Origin: Promethearchaeota archaeon
Lineage (GTDB): Archaea > Asgardarchaeota > Lokiarchaeia > Sigyniarchaeales > SOKP01
DNA: 36,280 nucleotides
NCBI GenBank assembly: GCA_016839745.1
Contig: JAEOTS010000099.1
Coordinates: 1-36,280 of the forward strand
Direction of reading: 5' to 3'
A program made the position numbers and the translations under genes. The notes beneath the pieces were generated by a model. That model did not search any database. It had not been told where the DNA came from and saw nothing but the letters and a program-made list of their open reading frames with translations. Shown here piece after piece: positions 1 to 10,094 of the stretch. How positions within the stretch are numbered: position 1 is the first letter of the stretch; each line of letters starts with the position of its first letter.

Positions 1-2
1 CT

Positions 3-1478
3 ATTTATGATGATAATTATCCTAAAAAATCCTCTTTAATAGGAGTAATAAATATAACAAATTATGAGATAAATAACACTCGTCATTACCATAATTCCAT
101 AATTCCCATTCAAGGTAAAATTTATGAACCAATTCCACCACCCCCTCCATATAACAACCATTCAAACGTTAATGTTGCAGTTGTTGTTGATGGCATTTTA
201 GATAACAGTTTCACAGCACAATCTAATTCGATTGGAGAATTTCAAATTAATTATCAAATTCCTTACACTTTAGATGTCTATACAAGTCATAAAATTGAGG
301 TAGTCACAACTGACGATTTTGGTGAGGATGATATTATTTCAAATAATTTTATTAATATCAATGTTAGTGCAACATCATTTTTTGATGTGAATTACTTAGA
401 TTCTCCTTACATTCCTGGAGAAGACTTTTATCTTGGAGGATTCTTGAGGTATGATAATATCAACGGTAATGGTATTCCAAACTCACAAATCAATTATATT
501 TGGTATAATACAACTTACATCTGGCCATTAGGTTCGTTCTTTACAAGCCCTATTGATGGTTCTATTTCTGAAACCATTCAAATACCACTTGGTGCATCTA
601 TAGACTCAATTAATTTAAATTTAACTTATATTGGCGATATACCAAGAGTAGATTCTTCTCAAAAGGTTCTAACAAATATAAGATTGTTCAAAAATTTCAA
701 TTGTATTTGGAATACTGTCAGTAATGCTTCAGAAGGAGATTTAATAGCAATTGCGGGTCAACTATCTTCAAGTGAAACTCCCTTACTAAGAATTTATAAT
801 AGATCCTTAAGGATTTTTTATGATGGAAATTTAATTGATTTAGTAGATACAGATATTAATGGAAATTTTCATTATGATTATACAATTCCTGCAGGGATTG
901 GAAATAGAATAATACGTATTGAATTAATTGATACATCTCCCGGTAATCTCCTTAGTTCTACGAGTATTAATGTAACTGCTGGAGTTATTATTTTACCACC
1001 ACCACCTGAGCCACCTCAGCCATTTTTAGGTTTCTTTTTAGTATTTTTCCCCATATTAATAGGTGTTATTGCTGGATTAGCAGTGTATGGATACCATTAT
1101 TATAAAAAACAAGATAAATTATCAAAAGTAATAAATTTACCGCTTGAGAGTAAAATAATAAATCTTAAAATTTTAAAAGAATCTGGAAGATTAGAAGAAT
1201 CCTTATCCTATTTATTTAACGCAATTTATATGGATTTAATAGGAGCTAAATTTGGGAGGATTAGAAAAGGGAATGAGACTATAAGAGATTTTGCGATAAT
1301 TTCAGTAAAGAATTTAAAATTAAGTCCAGCTACAATCTATCCATTTATACAAAAAGTAGAGGAAATTGTATACGCAAAACCCTTTCAAATTACGGATAAA
1401 GAGTTTTACGGTACGATAAATTTATTTTCTCCTATATATTTTGAATTAACGGGTTATAATTTTGAATTGAATTTTTAA
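3..1478 (+). CDS. Membrane-anchored surface protein, 5'-truncated by the window edge: Ig-like extracellular domains, Pro-rich stalk, one TM helix, cytoplasmic DUF4129-like domain
   Basis: The frame of ORF 387..1478 is open back to position 3 with no stop, so the true start lies outside the window. It has a beta-rich N/T/I ectodomain, LPPPPEPPQP, a hydrophobic TM helix, then 'NETIRDFA...VEEIVYA', which resembles DUF4129. Confidence 0.75.
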   Translation: MYDDNYPKKSSLIGVINITNYEINNTRHYHNSIIPIQGKIYEPIPPPPPYNNHSNVNVAVVVDGILDNSFTAQSNSIGEFQINYQIPYTLDVYTSHKIEVVTTDDFGEDDIISNNFININVSATSFFDVNYLDSPYIPGEDFYLGGFLRYDNINGNGIPNSQINYIWYNTTYIWPLGSFFTSPIDGSISETIQIPLGASIDSINLNLTYIGDIPRVDSSQKVLTNIRLFKNFNCIWNTVSNASEGDLIAIAGQLSSSETPLLRIYNRSLRIFYDGNLIDLVDTDINGNFHYDYTIPAGIGNRIIRIELIDTSPGNLLSSTSINVTAGVIILPPPPEPPQPFLGFFLVFFPILIGVIAGLAVYGYHYYKKQDKLSKVINLPLESKIINLKILKESGRLEESLSYLFNAIYMDLIGAKFGRIRKGNETIRDFAIISVKNLKLSPATIYPFIQKVEEIVYAKPFQITDKEFYGTINLFSPIYFELTGYNFELNF

Positions 1479-1585
1479 AAAATTAGATAAGAAAGAATAG
1501 TCATAGTATAAAACAATGTAGAAAGAAATTTAAAATCAAAAAAAAATATTTAATAAATTAAAAAAAACAGAAATAGGTAAAGAAT

Positions 1586-1966
1586 ATGGCAAAAAAGAAA
1601 AAATCAAAAAAGGAACCAGAACCTGAAGTAGACATAAAACAAAAGTTTGAAAATGTGAAGATTTTAACCGATTCAAATAGAGCGAAAGAAGCAATTGCTT
1701 ACATTTACCTTATATACAACGATATAATAACTCTAAAATATAAGAAACCACGATTAGCTTACCAAACAATACGAGAATATGCTATAACTTGCGTCACCGA
1801 TTTAGGCCAAAAGCCAGAAACCATTTATCCCTTCATAAAAAAGATTGAAGATATTATATATGGTGGAATAGAACCAACAGGGAAAGAGCTAAACTTTACT
1901 GTTCAATTATTTTCGAATTTGTACAACGATATAACGGGAAAAACATTACCAACTGTAAGTTTTTAG
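1586..1966 (+). CDS. Small soluble DUF4129-like protein, paralogous to the C-terminal domain of the upstream gene
   Basis: 'QTIREYAI...PETIYPFIKKIEDIIYG' aligns with upstream 'ETIRDFAI...PATIYPFIQKVEEIVYA'. Confidence 0.75.
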   Translation: MAKKKKSKKEPEPEVDIKQKFENVKILTDSNRAKEAIAYIYLIYNDIITLKYKKPRLAYQTIREYAITCVTDLGQKPETIYPFIKKIEDIIYGGIEPTGKELNFTVQLFSNLYNDITGKTLPTVSF

Positions 1967-2019
1967 TTAATTAGCGTCGATCATAAAATATTTCAAAAAA
2001 AAGGTCAAGATTAAACAAA

Positions 2020-3771
2020 ATGCCAAGTGTTGGAAAATCATCTGGAAGTAATATTACTTTCTCAAAGGGATTAGTCATAGCGTTTTTCACGATTTTTCTC
2101 ATAATCTATGGCGTATTTATTAGTAATTTCATTGAGCTTTATCCGTTATATAACATGGGTGAAACGCTTCCAATTTTTGCAACTTATCTGCCCCTCGTTT
2201 GTTATATAGGAGCCGGGTTTTTAGGATTCGGCTTAATCATTTTTATAAGAAATGTAACCGTTCAAAAATCGAGAGAAATACAATCTCGCAAAAAAGAAAA
2301 AACTGGTTCCTTTTATAAAGAAGCCTTATTCTTAGTTATTTTTATATTTGTATTTATACCGTTATTTGGCCCTATATTCGATCAGGGAGTAAACGATCAA
2401 AATTTTTCTATTTACAACAGTGATTGGAATGGAGCAAGTGATTTTAAAGGGAATATAGAAAGTGATGGATATGATGTGATGTCAATTCAATCTAGCTTGA
2501 GTGCTACAGAACGGTTGAATAAATCTATTCTGTTAGTATTATTAGGTCCTAACCAATTTTATAATCCAATATTTGAAATACCATATTTCATAGATTTTTT
2601 CCGTTACGATAATGCGACAAATACAAAAAATTCGTTGTTTATATGTCATGATCATGGTAGTACGAGCACTTTATTATGGGAAATTTATATTGCCAGCTTG
2701 CTAGATCCTTACTTGAGCGGAACAATACCAGTTACAATCTTCGCTAACGGAATCTTACGCGATAATGCATCATACGATACTCAACCAGATTTTCCCGTAA
2801 TAAAATTTAATTCTACTACTCCTCATCCTACGACTAATGGGATTAATCAAGTAATTCTATCGGAAGCATCTACTGTTGTAGGAGGTCCTTTTATCTCATA
2901 TTTTGGTTGGGATTTAGTTGGTTCTAGCACAGATTATGGATATGTCGATAAAAACGGCGATCACATGTATGATTTTGACGACGATTATGTTGATTTAAGC
3001 ATTTTAGGAGGAAGTTTTGGCGTTCCATCAAAATGGCCTCTTGGTGGTTATTCACAAGGTGTATTTATGGCCAAGGACGCGGGAAATTCAAGAGTTTTTG
3101 TTTCCGCTGATGCAAGTTTATTCAATAACGAACTAATGGCTGAACCTACTTATGATAATCGACAATTTGGATTGAATATCATAAATTGGCTTACCTATGG
3201 CGAGCCCAAACAAGATTGGGTTGTTATTTTTGATGAAGCTCATATTCGACCAGAATATTCAAGGGATATGACATCAGCTGGAATCTTTGGGTTTATTACT
3301 CAATATATTATTCATTTAAGTACGAATCCAATTACAGCTTGGATATATCCCCTTTTAGCAATTTATTCATTGAAAAAATATCTACCTAAAAAAGATGAAA
3401 AAGAGGAAAAAAAGAAAGCCCAAGAACAAGATAGAAAGGAAGAAAGAGAAAAATTTAGAACTTCCTCCTTTTTTGCAGAAAAAATTGAGTGGTATAGAGA
3501 GAAAAGCAGATATGGTAAAGCTCTAACTTTACTCTATCGAAGATTAGAGAGGAAACTAAATGCACTTTTGCGCGGGCGAAAAATCACTACCCAAAATGTA
3601 TTAGATTTGGTTATAGCTAAGGAACAAAAGATTACAAAAATTAAAATCAGAAGAATTACCAAATTTATGGACACGATTATCGCAATTAAAGAAGGAAAAA
3701 GTAAAGTAAAAAATGAACAGGATTTTGAAAACCTTTACTACGAAATGGAATGGGTGGTTAATAACATATAA
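2020..3771 (+). CDS. DUF4350/GldG-like membrane protein of a MoxR cluster
   Basis: N-terminal TM helices, 'FSIYNSDWNGASDF', 'RVFVSADASLFNN' and 'VIFDEAH' motifs; lies directly upstream of MoxR. Confidence 0.7.
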   Translation: MPSVGKSSGSNITFSKGLVIAFFTIFLIIYGVFISNFIELYPLYNMGETLPIFATYLPLVCYIGAGFLGFGLIIFIRNVTVQKSREIQSRKKEKTGSFYKEALFLVIFIFVFIPLFGPIFDQGVNDQNFSIYNSDWNGASDFKGNIESDGYDVMSIQSSLSATERLNKSILLVLLGPNQFYNPIFEIPYFIDFFRYDNATNTKNSLFICHDHGSTSTLLWEIYIASLLDPYLSGTIPVTIFANGILRDNASYDTQPDFPVIKFNSTTPHPTTNGINQVILSEASTVVGGPFISYFGWDLVGSSTDYGYVDKNGDHMYDFDDDYVDLSILGGSFGVPSKWPLGGYSQGVFMAKDAGNSRVFVSADASLFNNELMAEPTYDNRQFGLNIINWLTYGEPKQDWVVIFDEAHIRPEYSRDMTSAGIFGFITQYIIHLSTNPITAWIYPLLAIYSLKKYLPKKDEKEEKKKAQEQDRKEEREKFRTSSFFAEKIEWYREKSRYGKALTLLYRRLERKLNALLRGRKITTQNVLDLVIAKEQKITKIKIRRITKFMDTIIAIKEGKSKVKNEQDFENLYYEMEWVVNNI

Positions 3772-3873
3772 AATAAAATCATAGTAATTAATTTATATAA
3801 AAAAATATAACCAAAAATCAAATAATAATAAGATTTAAAATAAAAAATAAAAAAATAGAAGATGTGATAAATA

Positions 3874-4854
3874 ATGGAATCCCCAAATAAAGCAAAATAC
3901 TACGATAGGGAAGAATTAAATGTAGAACCTATTAGAGAAATAGCTCAAGAAGTTCTTTCAGAAGTAAGTCGTGTTATCGTTGGATACGGAGATATTTTAC
4001 AACAACTCTTCATAGCTTTACTAGTTAACGGGCATGTCCTCCTCGAAGGAGTACCTGGCTTAGGAAAAACAGTTATGGCAAAAACATTCGCAAAAACGCT
4101 CGGAATATCGTTTAGAAGAGTCCAGTTTACTCCAGATTTGCTACCAGCTGATATTACAGGTACTAAAATATTTGATCAAAACGAGGGAGCTTTCGTGCTT
4201 CTAAAAGGTCCATTGTTTGCAAATATAGTATTAGCAGACGAAATTAATAGAAGCTCTCCTAAGACTCAAGCAGCTCTCCTCGAAGCTATGGCTGAAAGGC
4301 AAATCACTATTGAAGGAGAAACTCTTCCCCTTGAAAAACCTTTTATGGTTGTCGCAACGGAAAATCCTGTGGAGATGGAAGGAACTTACCCCTTACCAGA
4401 AGCACAACTTGATCGATTTCTCTTGAAACTCTGGTTAGAATATCCAGAAAAAGAAGAAGAAGTAGATATCATGAGGAGACAAATTTCAGGAGACTCTCCG
4501 TCCGTGGAAGCCATAACTAGTGGAGAAGAATTACTTGCTGCTCAAAAATTAATGAATATGGTTTACATAGACGATAGAATTTTAAAATATATAAGAGATA
4601 TTGTATTAAAAACTCGAAATCATCCTCAGATTGCTCTTGGATGTGGTCCACGTGCATCTCTCGTGTTGATGAAGTGTGCTAAAGCAAGAGCGGCAATCTT
4701 AGGAAGAGTTTATGTAACACCAGACGATGTGAGAGCGTTAGTCGTTTCTGCTTTGAATCATCGAATCTTATTGAAACCAGAAGCAGAGCTTGAAGGTCTT
4801 GATGTTATAACTGTGATTAAGAACATTATCGAAGATATACCAATCCCTATCTAA
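3874..4854 (+). CDS. moxR: MoxR family AAA+ ATPase
   Basis: GHVLLEGVPGLGKT (Walker A), RVQFTPDLLPADITG, LADEINR (Walker B), EGTYPLPEAQLDRF. Confidence 0.97.
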   Translation: MESPNKAKYYDREELNVEPIREIAQEVLSEVSRVIVGYGDILQQLFIALLVNGHVLLEGVPGLGKTVMAKTFAKTLGISFRRVQFTPDLLPADITGTKIFDQNEGAFVLLKGPLFANIVLADEINRSSPKTQAALLEAMAERQITIEGETLPLEKPFMVVATENPVEMEGTYPLPEAQLDRFLLKLWLEYPEKEEEVDIMRRQISGDSPSVEAITSGEELLAAQKLMNMVYIDDRILKYIRDIVLKTRNHPQIALGCGPRASLVLMKCAKARAAILGRVYVTPDDVRALVVSALNHRILLKPEAELEGLDVITVIKNIIEDIPIPI

Positions 4855-4928
4855 AATTTTTTTTATGAAATGATATGGTTGAAACTAACTAAAAATAGGT
4901 CTAAATAATTTAGGAAAGGAGCAATAAA

Positions 4929-6257
4929 ATGTTAGGAGGAAAAGGAAGAACATTAATATTATTTTCAGTTTTTTTTCTAACAGCTGGATTTGCATTTGAA
5001 AATTACTTCTTAATTTATTTTGCCATTCTTTTAATATTTAGTACCGTTGTAAGCCTACCTCTTTTCTATTACCAAATGAATATAGAAGAGTTACGCGTTT
5101 ATAGAGAGCTCGAAAAAGAAAAAGTGTTTAAAGACGATTTTGTGCATGTTAAAGTAGTTATTGAGAACAGTGGTAAAAATAGCTTTGATTTCCTTGAAAT
5201 TAGGGATTATTACAATCCTGAGCTTTTCAGGTTGGTGTTAGGAGAAAATTTCATTTCTACAAGAATTGGATCTAAAAAACAAATAAAATTTAGTTATATA
5301 TTAGAACCAAAAGTAAGGGGGGAATATCCCTTAGGGCCACTATCGTTAATAGTTAAAGATAGATTAGGATTTAATTCTGTTGAAAGAATTGTACCTGATA
5401 GTGTTTCCGATATACTGGTATATCCTCCTTACGAAGATATAAAACGAATAGAGATATTGGGATCTAAACGTTCTTTAAGTCAAAATTATGGACTACAGAA
5501 ATCTAAACAAAAAGGTCTTGGCTCAGAATTTTATGGAATGAGAAAATATGTTTTTGGAGACCAATTTAGGCTAATTGACTGGAAAGCGAGCGCTCGAACT
5601 CAAAAGTTAATAGTAAAAGAATTTGAAAGTGAGAGAGATGTCTCTGTTATGATTTTAGTCGATTCATCAAATTCAATGGCGGGAGGAGCGATTGAAAACA
5701 CCAAATTTGAATATGCGATCAGAGCTTGTATGTTATTAACAAAGGTTGCTTTATCTCGTAAGGACAATGTAGGTGTTTTTACATTCTCTGATAAAAAGAA
5801 TTTTAAATTTTTAAAACCAGGAAGTGGAGAAGATCACTTTTATCAAGTATTAGATTTTGTTGCTAAGGTCAAGCCACAAGGGAAATCACGGTTTGTAGAA
5901 GCAATGGGCTATCTAAATAGACGATATCAAAAACGTAGTTTAATTTTCATTCTTTCAGATTTAGAAGCAAATGTTAAAGAAATTGGACAAGCAATTAGAA
6001 AATTAATTCCTTTCAACCATACTGTTATTATTATTAACCCATTCAGTCCTTGGTTTGAGATACACGAAATTGATTTGTCATCAACAGATAAAGCTCTTGC
6101 AGAAGCAATCAGTGAAGAAATGATGGAACATATTATAGGTATTAAACAAGAGGTAAGAAATCTCGGAGTTAACATTATAACAGTAGGCCCAGATGATATG
6201 ATGAATCAAGTCTTAGGTAGATATATGGAAGCAAAGAAAAAAGGGAGTGCGTATTAA
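4929..6257 (+). CDS. DUF58 / vWA-domain protein, MoxR partner
   Basis: N-terminal TM pair, EFYGMRKYVFGDQFRLIDWKASAR, MIDAS-like DSSNS. Confidence 0.93.
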   Translation: MLGGKGRTLILFSVFFLTAGFAFENYFLIYFAILLIFSTVVSLPLFYYQMNIEELRVYRELEKEKVFKDDFVHVKVVIENSGKNSFDFLEIRDYYNPELFRLVLGENFISTRIGSKKQIKFSYILEPKVRGEYPLGPLSLIVKDRLGFNSVERIVPDSVSDILVYPPYEDIKRIEILGSKRSLSQNYGLQKSKQKGLGSEFYGMRKYVFGDQFRLIDWKASARTQKLIVKEFESERDVSVMILVDSSNSMAGGAIENTKFEYAIRACMLLTKVALSRKDNVGVFTFSDKKNFKFLKPGSGEDHFYQVLDFVAKVKPQGKSRFVEAMGYLNRRYQKRSLIFILSDLEANVKEIGQAIRKLIPFNHTVIIINPFSPWFEIHEIDLSSTDKALAEAISEEMMEHIIGIKQEVRNLGVNIITVGPDDMMNQVLGRYMEAKKKGSAY

Positions 6258-6260
6258 AAA

Positions 6261-7688
6261 ATGGCGAGAAATTATATTTTAGTTTTAAAAATAATTAATG
6301 TGTTAGTTTTTGTGTGGATTTTATTTATTTTTCTCTCAATTTTTCATTTCGATACGGTCATTACTACATCAGGTGGAGAACTCGTTTTAACATCATTTCT
6401 CAACAGTTTAAAAAACATTTCAACATATCTTGTATTTGCAGCAGCGTACGGAGTTGCGTTTTGTTGTGTATTTATCGCATCTTTCGCCCAACCGAATTTA
6501 CTTACATTATTAGATGATTTTTTTAGAAGGCTTTTTAGTCTGTGGTTTACATTCCCTAATGGGACAACACCACAATTCGATGAAATTCCTGATTTAATTG
6601 GTCAAGAATTCGCAATTTTTAACGAAAATTTGTATTTAATCGCATTTCAAATTCTTTTTATATTTACAATATACTATGTAATCAAAGCTTTTCTAAAAAC
6701 TGATCCTAAGAACGACATTCGAGTTATAGGTTCTATCGTACTTATGCTGGTAATACCTCTTATGGTATTTGGACTTAAAGATATGCTCGCCCTTTTTTAT
6801 GTTAGTATTCCATATTTGGAGGATTTACCTAATCCTCTTGACCCCTCATTAGAGCAGATTCCCATCGATAATATATTTCAATTTTTCAGTAGCCCAGTTA
6901 TTCTTCTTGCTATAGTATCTTATATATATTTAGAGTTGGCATTTCAAATAAATTATACTTATACAGTTACCAGGCCATCTTTAGAAAGAAGATTAAGATT
7001 AGAAGCTCAATTGCATATACTCGAGAGTGAATCTCATTATATAACCGCAAATGTTGATAAAATCAAAGAAGAAGCTAAAGCAAGAAGACTTGAGTTAGAA
7101 ATCGAAGAGAAAGCTACGATTGGTAAATTTTTCGCAAAAACGGGAGAAAAATTTTCATATGTTAAGGAAATGATAGAAAGAAGAAAATTAGAGGACGAAG
7201 AAAAAAAATTGATAACAGCAGCATCAAAAACAAGAAGGCTTGGAAGATACATACATCAGCTATTTCAAGAAGATTCTGAAGCTCGCGATACTTTAACTGC
7301 TCGATCGTCTGCACCCAAACCAAAAAGTCTTGTAGTATCTACAGTTATTAATTTTGTTTTTAGAGTTGGTTTATTAATAATTATTAGTTTTATTATTATT
7401 CATCCAAAATGGTTTATGGAAAATGTTTTTAATTTACCTCCAGCTATAGTAGAAAGTGTTGCAATGTTTTCTCCTGAAGTAATTGTAGTATTATTAGTTC
7501 CATTAATACTTACATTTCCTGTAATTTCAAAAGTGATTTCTTCAATAAAACATAGAAATCTAATTATACGACTACAACAAGAAGGGAGAATTAAAGAGAT
7601 ATTAGCCTCGGTAGGAGATTATGTTAAAAAAGAAGAAGTAGCTATAGAAGAGGAAAAAGAAATTGAAATACAGGAAACGACTACATAA
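6261..7688 (+). CDS. Polytopic membrane protein with a charged coiled-coil-like cytoplasmic segment, last gene of the MoxR operon
   Basis: Starts 3 nt after the DUF58 stop; multiple hydrophobic helices flank a K/E/R-rich region. Confidence 0.8.
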   Translation: MARNYILVLKIINVLVFVWILFIFLSIFHFDTVITTSGGELVLTSFLNSLKNISTYLVFAAAYGVAFCCVFIASFAQPNLLTLLDDFFRRLFSLWFTFPNGTTPQFDEIPDLIGQEFAIFNENLYLIAFQILFIFTIYYVIKAFLKTDPKNDIRVIGSIVLMLVIPLMVFGLKDMLALFYVSIPYLEDLPNPLDPSLEQIPIDNIFQFFSSPVILLAIVSYIYLELAFQINYTYTVTRPSLERRLRLEAQLHILESESHYITANVDKIKEEAKARRLELEIEEKATIGKFFAKTGEKFSYVKEMIERRKLEDEEKKLITAASKTRRLGRYIHQLFQEDSEARDTLTARSSAPKPKSLVVSTVINFVFRVGLLIIISFIIIHPKWFMENVFNLPPAIVESVAMFSPEVIVVLLVPLILTFPVISKVISSIKHRNLIIRLQQEGRIKEILASVGDYVKKEEVAIEEEKEIEIQETTT

Positions 7689-7706
7689 ACTTTGTAAGCA
7701 TAAGGA

Positions 7707-8642
7707 TTACGCTTTAATATCAATTACAAACTGAGCGAGTTCTTTTTTCTTACTAATTGAATCCATTATAGTATCATAACTGTATGTGTTGATTCCTAAA
7801 TCCTCAATTTCTGATTTCAAATTGCTATCTTTTATGTCAATAACAAAATGACCTAAGATTTCTTGATAGTATTTTGCTACTCCTACGCAAGAAACTTCCA
7901 ATCCAAGACATTTCATTAGTTTATCTGCTGGTCCTTTTACTGTTGCTCCTTCTATAATAGGACTAATCGCAATAACTTTCTGTTTAACTTTTTTTAAAGC
8001 ATTTGTTATTCCGGGTAATCCAAAAATAGTTCCTATTGAAACAATTGGGTTCGATGGACAAATAATAACTCTTTTGGCGTTGTTAATATATTTAAATATT
8101 TGATTAACGGGTTTTGCTTTATCAATTCCCTGGAATTTTACGTCTAATACCTTGGGTTCACATTGATATCTAATATAATATTCCTCAAAATGCATCGTTT
8201 TTGAATCAGTAACAATAAATGTTTGAACTTCCTCATTACTCATTGGTATAAGCTGAGATTTAATACCCAACTTCTCACAAATTATTGCGGTTATTTCTGT
8301 TTTATTATATCCATTCTTAAATAAATTAGTTCGAAAAATATGAGTTGCTAAATCTTTATCCCCAAGATTGAACCATTTAATATCGTAATAGTTTTCAAGT
8401 AGGTTTAAGCAGTTAAAAGTTTCATCTTTAATGCCCCAACCCTTTTGGGTATCGACTATATTCGCTAATGTATACGTGATTATATCTATATCGGGACAAA
8501 TTTTTAATCCGTATAATTCTATATCATCGGCAGTATTAATTACAATTTTTAATAAAGCGGGATCAATTACATTTACTAATCCCTCGATGAATTTAGCTGC
8601 ACCTACACCACCAGCAAATATCAAATAATAGTTTTCACTCAT
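7707..8642 (-). CDS. cofD: 2-phospho-L-lactate/phosphoenolpyruvate transferase (CofD/FbiA), F420 biosynthesis
   Basis: AGGVGAAKF, NTADD, ICPDID, WFNLGDKDLATH, CPSNPIVSIG, VKGPADK. Confidence 0.96.
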   Translation of the reverse strand: MSENYYLIFAGGVGAAKFIEGLVNVIDPALLKIVINTADDIELYGLKICPDIDIITYTLANIVDTQKGWGIKDETFNCLNLLENYYDIKWFNLGDKDLATHIFRTNLFKNGYNKTEITAIICEKLGIKSQLIPMSNEEVQTFIVTDSKTMHFEEYYIRYQCEPKVLDVKFQGIDKAKPVNQIFKYINNAKRVIICPSNPIVSIGTIFGLPGITNALKKVKQKVIAISPIIEGATVKGPADKLMKCLGLEVSCVGVAKYYQEILGHFVIDIKDSNLKSEIEDLGINTYSYDTIMDSISKKKELAQFVIDIKA

Positions 8643-8663
8643 AATTAACTTTCCAATCTTTTT

Positions 8664-10067
8664 TTATACTTCAAATATAATATCTTTAAGGTCTTTTCGG
8701 ATTGTTTTTGGTGGATCTTTCGTTGAATATCCTACAGTAAAAAATGCCATTGGAATAAAAGAATTAGGTAAATTCAATGCATCCTTAATAATATCCTTAG
8801 CAAATAATGGAGCACAATACCAGCAACTAGCCAACCCCTTTATTTCAAAAGCAAGAAGTAAGTAAGTTGCAGAAGCGCTTACACTCTGAACTCCCATTAA
8901 ATACTCATTTCTATCCCGTTCGCTATCAGAGTATTTTTCTAACTCTATTGTGTCTAAGCAGAGAAGGATTAGGAATGGAGAACCAAGAAAACTAGTTTTT
9001 GTTTTTTCAATTTTTCTACGAATAATATCTTCTGATTTACCATCTCTAAGTAAATCATTTCTTAGTTTATTATTCATCTTTTTAATTAGATTTTCACGCG
9101 ATTTTCCTTGTTCCATTATAATATAACGCCAAAATTGACTATTATGTGCACTTGGTGCCCAACGAGCTAACTCTATGCTTTCTTTTATCAATGCTTTATC
9201 TACTTTTCTATCGCTGAACTCGAACTTATAACTTCTACGTGATCTCAATAAATTTTCAAAACTCTTTGTATCTTTCCCTCCTCTAAACAAATCGAGCTCT
9301 TCTTTTCTTAGAATTTGTTTAATAGACGCATTATTATCGATATTAAAGTTGTACCCTCTAATTATTACAATAGGTAAGCCCTCATCTGCTTCTCCCATAA
9401 TTAATTGAGCTGAGGACGCCAAATTATCAATTTGGCCAATTATCGTACTTTTTAATTCTTTTCCGAATAAATCCTTTTCCCCTCTTTTATCCAATATTGG
9501 ATTTATTCCAGAGACTCCTAACGCTACCCCAACTGCTCCAATTCTGAAGGCCCTCCCAAATGAGTCAGAAATTATTACAGCTATTTTTTTTCCAGTTAAT
9601 TTTTGGAGTGAATCTCTGATCTTTTCTGCTTCTTTGTCTGAATCTAAGGGTAACAATGCAATTAAATCTTTACCTCCCACGTTTGATTGGTCAATTCCAG
9701 CATTAGCACATACAAAACCATGGTTGGTCTCAACAACTATAACATGCTTTGCTTTTAATACCTGTTTTGATTCTTCCAGTATAGCTTCGATTAATTCAGG
9801 GGATTTTATTGGTAAACACCTCTCTTTTGTCAGAGGTACCATTTTTTCATAAATCTCAATAGCTCTTTGGCTGGGTTTAATATCAACTAAATTTTTTATT
9901 CTTCCTAGGCTTTTTGAGACGATTGTTTGAGCAATAACTAGAATATCTCCATTTTCTAATGATAAATTGTTGTGCTTTAAAGCATTGAGAATAATTAAAG
10001 GGAGATCATCTCCGGTTTTTATAAGAGGAATATCCTCTATGCCAATCATATTAATTCTTTCATTCAT
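8664..10067 (-). CDS. cofE: F420-0:gamma-glutamyl ligase fused to a C-terminal nitroreductase domain (FbiB architecture)
   Basis: N-terminal GDDL, IVSK, CANAGIDQSN, SDSFGRAFR, GEADEG. C-terminal RRS..F, APSAHNSQFWR, GLASCW, which are nitroreductase motifs. Confidence 0.95.
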   Translation of the reverse strand: MNERINMIGIEDIPLIKTGDDLPLIILNALKHNNLSLENGDILVIAQTIVSKSLGRIKNLVDIKPSQRAIEIYEKMVPLTKERCLPIKSPELIEAILEESKQVLKAKHVIVVETNHGFVCANAGIDQSNVGGKDLIALLPLDSDKEAEKIRDSLQKLTGKKIAVIISDSFGRAFRIGAVGVALGVSGINPILDKRGEKDLFGKELKSTIIGQIDNLASSAQLIMGEADEGLPIVIIRGYNFNIDNNASIKQILRKEELDLFRGGKDTKSFENLLRSRRSYKFEFSDRKVDKALIKESIELARWAPSAHNSQFWRYIIMEQGKSRENLIKKMNNKLRNDLLRDGKSEDIIRRKIEKTKTSFLGSPFLILLCLDTIELEKYSDSERDRNEYLMGVQSVSASATYLLLAFEIKGLASCWYCAPLFAKDIIKDALNLPNSFIPMAFFTVGYSTKDPPKTIRKDLKDIIFEV

Positions 10068-10094
10068 TTTCCTAAATGGGATTTGTTGGTAAAA

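Noticed and set aside
135-1025. Polyproline runs as actin-regulator (WASP/formin-like) motifs
   Set aside because: They are short and on the predicted extracellular side of the TM helix, so they are better explained as linkers or stalks.
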